Positions 60,701-64,000 of a stretch of DNA of 64,000 nt are shown in pieces. Position 1 is the stretch's first letter, and every line of letters begins with the position of its first letter. The position numbers and the translations under genes are program-made. Origin of the DNA: Chloroflexota bacterium (GTDB taxonomy: Bacteria; Chloroflexota; Dehalococcoidia; Lucifugimonadales; UBA3495); contig JAQBVF010000009.1 in NCBI GenBank assembly GCA_027623675.1, forward strand, positions 1 through 64,000. Reading direction: 5' to 3'. The notes beneath the pieces were generated by a model that saw only the letters and a list, made by a program, of their open reading frames with translations, made no database searches and was not told the DNA's origin.

Positions 60701-60732
60701 ATTCTAAACCTTCCAGTATACTGGAATGTCAA
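60701..60732 (-). promoter_or_regulatory. MerR-type promoter/operator
   Basis: TTGACA-20 bp-TAGAAT with perfect 16-bp palindrome TTCCAGTATACTGGAA (60711-60726) in the spacer. Confidence 0.9.
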
Positions 60733-61036
60733 GCAGCATTATAAGCTATACCGGTACGGGGTTATTTGTTGTAAACAATGTCCGGGTCATCAGATTTGCC
60801 AGGCCCAACAGTTAGACCTCCGGCTGATTGTCCCTTTGATGATTGATGCACTCGGCGGCCGTCCTCGCCGGCATGGTCTGGCCTCCGTTGACCGAGTGCG
60901 CGATTCCGGGTGGTCGACTCCGGCGGTGGGATCCAACCAAGGGCTGCCACAACCTCGTTGCCCCGGACCGCCAAAGGCGTTAACATTCGCCTGCTGAGGC
61001 TTGGAACTCGCGGCAAGCGATAAAAGGAGAATCAAA

Positions 61037-61354
61037 ATGTACGTGGTAATCGTGCCCATACAGATCATGGAAGGACACCGGGACGAGTTCCTGGAAGCAC
61101 TGATGGTAGACGCCAAAGGGGCCAACAACGACGAGCCGGGGTGCCTGCGGTTCGACGCGGTCCAAGACGCCGAAGACGACCACCGCATCTGGCTGTATGA
61201 GGTATACAAGGACGAAGACGCCTTCAAGGCCCACCTGGCGGCCCCCCATTTCGCCGTGTTCAAAGAGGCCGCCGACAAATGGCGGGTAGAAGGCATCCAG
61301 GGTTCCGCGCGGGGCAGCAAGAACCTTTGGCCCACCGACGCCGACTGGCGGTAG
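61037..61354 (+). CDS. ABM-domain (putative quinol monooxygenase/LsrG-like) protein
   Basis: DEPGCLRFD, LYEVYKDEDAFKAHLAAPHF. Confidence 0.88.
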   Translation: MYVVIVPIQIMEGHRDEFLEALMVDAKGANNDEPGCLRFDAVQDAEDDHRIWLYEVYKDEDAFKAHLAAPHFAVFKEAADKWRVEGIQGSARGSKNLWPTDADWR

Positions 61355-61410
61355 CGGTACGGGAGTGATGTCCAGCAGCATCAAGATTGAGACGAATCTG
61401 GAGGATAGCC

Positions 61411-61806
61411 ATGGCTAAAACCATCCTTCAAAGCTCTAGGGTGTCCGCGCCCGCCGGGATAATGTCCCAGGGGGTGGAGGTCCAAGCAGGTAAGATGGTG
61501 TTTGTGTCGGGTCAGGTAGCACGAGACTTGGACGGCAGTGTTGTGGGCGTGGGCGATGTCGCGATGCAGACCAGAAAGGTGCTGCAGAACATGCAGGCGG
61601 TGCTGGCCGAGTCCGGGGCCACCATGGACGACGTGGTGAAGGTCACCGTGTTCGTCACGAATCTGGAAAAGCATTTCGCCGATATCCACAAGGTGCGCGG
61701 CGAGTTTTTCAAGAGCGACTACCCCGCCAGCACCATGGTGGAGGTGAAATCACTGGTCCACGAGGACATGCTGATCGAGATCGAGGCCATCGCGGTGATG
61801 CATTAA
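61411..61806 (+). CDS. RidA/YjgF family protein
   Basis: VFVSGQV, YPASTMVEV..L, LIEIEAIA. Confidence 0.9.
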   Translation: MAKTILQSSRVSAPAGIMSQGVEVQAGKMVFVSGQVARDLDGSVVGVGDVAMQTRKVLQNMQAVLAESGATMDDVVKVTVFVTNLEKHFADIHKVRGEFFKSDYPASTMVEVKSLVHEDMLIEIEAIAVMH

Positions 61807-61849
61807 GAGCCGCCGGCCAACAGCTAGCAACCCTTTAGGTAATTAACCT

Positions 61850-62119
61850 GAGTCATCCCGGAGTTTCATCGCGGTCGGCACGCTTCCGGGCAGATGCCGT
61901 CATTTCAACTTCCGTAGAAATGACGCTCGTGCCTAGCAACCACACTCGGTACCTGTCATTCTGATCCTTCCGCAGAGGGAGAAGAATCTCTTTGCTTGAC
62001 TTCAAAGTTGCTAGCGTTCCGCCGGACCAGCAGTTGGTCTACCATCAGCAACGAGATTCCTCGCATCGCTCGAAATGACCAACACGGCGGCATTCACCCG
62101 GCCAACTCCGGAATGACTC
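61850..62119. repeat. MITE/REP-like palindromic element, copy 2
   Basis: gagtcatcccggagtt...aactccggaatgactc; colinear with 16590-16948 but only one 24-bp unit. Confidence 0.85.
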
Positions 62120-62474
62120 ATGTTTGTTGGCGTGCGAGAACAGGTTCACTGGGCGATGCCATTGGTCCCGCGGCGTCTCGTGGAAGCACTCGATGCCGTG
62201 ACCGCCGGTATTGGGTTTACTGGGGTCCGGGGTTCTTTGCCGTACCTAGATGTTGTTCGAGTCCATCGCCCGAACGACCGGGCAGCCACCCGAATAACCC
62301 GACTGCCGAATACCCCAGGTCTCGAGGGCAAGTCGCCCCATCGTCGAATCAGGGCCGCCAGCCTGGGTCGAAATGATACATGGTATTACGATCGCGGTCC
62401 ATGTCTCCGGTCAGGCTCGGGTGATACAATGAACCAGCCGGAGCGATAGACTCGGCACCCCCCCTTTCCTCGAT

Positions 62475-62547
62475 GGGCCGTTAGCTCAGTTGGCAGAGCA
62501 CCGGACTTTTAATCCGGGTGTCGTGGGTTCGACCCCCACACGGCCCA
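62475..62547 (+). tRNA. tRNA-Lys(TTT), CCA not encoded
   Basis: gggccgt acceptor, tagctcagttggcagagc D-arm, ccgga-ctTTTaa-tccgg, ggttcgacccc T-arm. Confidence 0.96.
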
Positions 62548-62782
62548 CTTCTACTTCCTCGGTTTTGACAGACACCTAGCCACTGCTTGGTCTGGAGCAT
62601 CAGGCCATACGGCTCGGCGCCCATTGGCTCCCTCCTCGGTGTCGTCAACGGTTCTTTGATAAACGTTGGATCACCCGGTCGCCACGGCGACTCATCCATT
62701 GCAAAGACATCACGATAGGCAGTAGTCATCCGTCCGGGGAAAGACGGCGAGTCAATCTGGCCGGGTAGTATCATATCGAGAC

Positions 62783-63253
62783 ATGATTCTGATAGTGAAG
62801 TTACTATTTGTCGCCCTCGCAGTAAGCCTGCTTGCCGGTTGCGCGACATCCAGAACCATCTCCGGCGCTCTCGATTCCGAAGCAACGAACAACATTGAAG
62901 TAGTCAGGATTATCGACGGCGATACTCTAGATGTCTTGATCTCCGGCGTCCCGCATAGGGTCCGGCTATTTGGGGTCGACACACCTGAGTGGGGAGAGCC
63001 GTGTTACCAGGAAGCAAGCGACCGCCTGCGGCAACTGGCCGGTGACGTAGCGCGTATCGAGGCTGGGCCGAGGGCTGAAGATACCTACGGCAGACTGTTG
63101 TTCTATCTTTATACTCTAGACGGAGAAAGCATTGACGCGACGCTGATCTCAGAAGGCTTGGCTAAAGCCCGGACCGGCGACGGCCAGTACCGAGACCTTC
63201 TGGTCAACCTGGAGGAGGAAGCTAGGACGCAGGGAGTTGGTTGCCTGTGGTGA
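62783..63253 (+). CDS. Thermonuclease (SNase) family lipoprotein
   Basis: LAGC lipobox, RIIDGDT, VRLFGVDTPE, DTYGRLL, G.GCLW. Confidence 0.9.
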   Translation: MILIVKLLFVALAVSLLAGCATSRTISGALDSEATNNIEVVRIIDGDTLDVLISGVPHRVRLFGVDTPEWGEPCYQEASDRLRQLAGDVARIEAGPRAEDTYGRLLFYLYTLDGESIDATLISEGLAKARTGDGQYRDLLVNLEEEARTQGVGCLW

Positions 63254-63278
63254 TTTCGGCGGCCCGGAACGAATTCTG

Positions 63279-63319
63279 ATACGAAAGCCCCCGATGTGAT
63301 ATCGGGGGCTTTCGTATTT
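63279..63319. terminator. Bidirectional terminator hairpin
   Basis: atacgaaagcccccgat...atcgggggctttcgtat between convergent genes. Confidence 0.8.
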
Positions 63320-63361
63320 CTGCTGGAGATCTGGCCCACTGCCCGGCGACGGGGTGCCCCG

Positions 63362-64000
63362 CTACGACTCGGTGCCGGACAGCATGTACATCTTGCCTCC
63401 GGAGGCGACGGCGACCCTGCCGGTATTGGCGCCGACCGCCAGGCTGGTGATTGGACCGCCGAGATATACCTCCCACAGCTTCAGACCCTGGCTGTCGAAT
63501 AAGAACACCCTCCCATCGGAAGACCCGGCCGCCATGCGAGTGCCGGCGGGGTTAATAGCCACGGCCGTTATCGACGTACCCGCGACATCCACCTGGTTGA
63601 TCAGTAAGCCTTGATTGTTCAGCAGGTAGATCGTGCCGTTCGCCGTTCCAGCTGCCACTCTGGCCCCCGCGTCGGCGACCGCAACATCGTTGACCGGGCC
63701 GTTGACGGCGAGCGAGAAGATTGCGGCGCCGTCGTTGTTCAGCAAAAAAACCTGGCCCGCTTGGGAGCCGACCGCCGAGCGCGTGCCGTCGCCCGAAACA
63801 GCGGAGCCGTTAACCTGCCGGACTTCACCCGCCGGCGTCTCAAATATCCAGCGCTGCAGACCATCGGCGTTCAGAGAATGTGAATTCTGGTTCGCTGTCC
63901 CAACTGAAATCCGGCCCCCGTCGCCGGAGATGCCAACGTCGCTGACCGGGCCGCTCACCGCGACCGACCATAATTTGAACGGTCGTTCGTCCAGGAGATA
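63362..64000 (-). CDS. WD40/PQQ-like beta-propeller protein, 5'-partial
   Basis: Repeats V..VAIS.DG..AVGS..G.V.L; frame open to the window end. Confidence 0.85.
   Translation of the reverse strand, partial: YLLDERPFKLWSVAVSGPVSDVGISGDGGRISVGTANQNSHSLNADGLQRWIFETPAGEVRQVNGSAVSGDGTRSAVGSQAGQVFLLNNDGAAIFSLAVNGPVNDVAVADAGARVAAGTANGTIYLLNNQGLLINQVDVAGTSITAVAINPAGTRMAAGSSDGRVFLFDSQGLKLWEVYLGGPITSLAVGANTGRVAVASGGKMYMLSGTES

Noticed and set aside
62120..62449. ORFs between the repeat and tRNA-Lys
   Set aside because: No RBS or clear family; at most a degraded remnant.
1..64000. Genome-wide UGA reassignment (code 4 or 25)
   Set aside because: Many genes end normally at TGA (e.g. 15590, 16559, 34195), Trp is TGG throughout, and internal TGAs sit at Cys positions.

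Overview
GC-rich bacterial chromosome segment. The gene content (RidA/MaoC/CMD/LLM/MFS paralog expansions, split-ActB alternative complex III with ccmF/H) suggests Chloroflexota, probably Dehalococcoidia/SAR202; this is inference only. Left to right: the end of an integrative element (Prim-Pol, xis-like gene, tyrosine integrase, tRNA-Ser 3' att fragment); catabolic genes; an alternative complex III plus cytochrome c maturation operon; ROK kinase; a TerY-P (vWA/PP2C/kinase) triad; rel; nadE; more catabolic and transport genes; a mercury-resistance operon; tRNA-Lys. The main finding is hidden from the ORF track because it needs UGA readthrough. The mer operon (57029-60732, minus strand: merR, glutaredoxin, small Cys-Cys membrane peptide, TlpA-like lipoprotein, merA, merT) has three genes with in-frame TGA exactly where homologs carry catalytic or Hg-binding Cys. 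These include a MerT-like gene with tandem TGA-TGA in place of the vicinal Cys-Cys, suggesting a selenocysteine-based mercury capture and relay system. A fourth probable selenoprotein (peroxiredoxin-like, UxxC) lies at 10092-10592. All family calls come from motif recognition by eye; no database searches were run.
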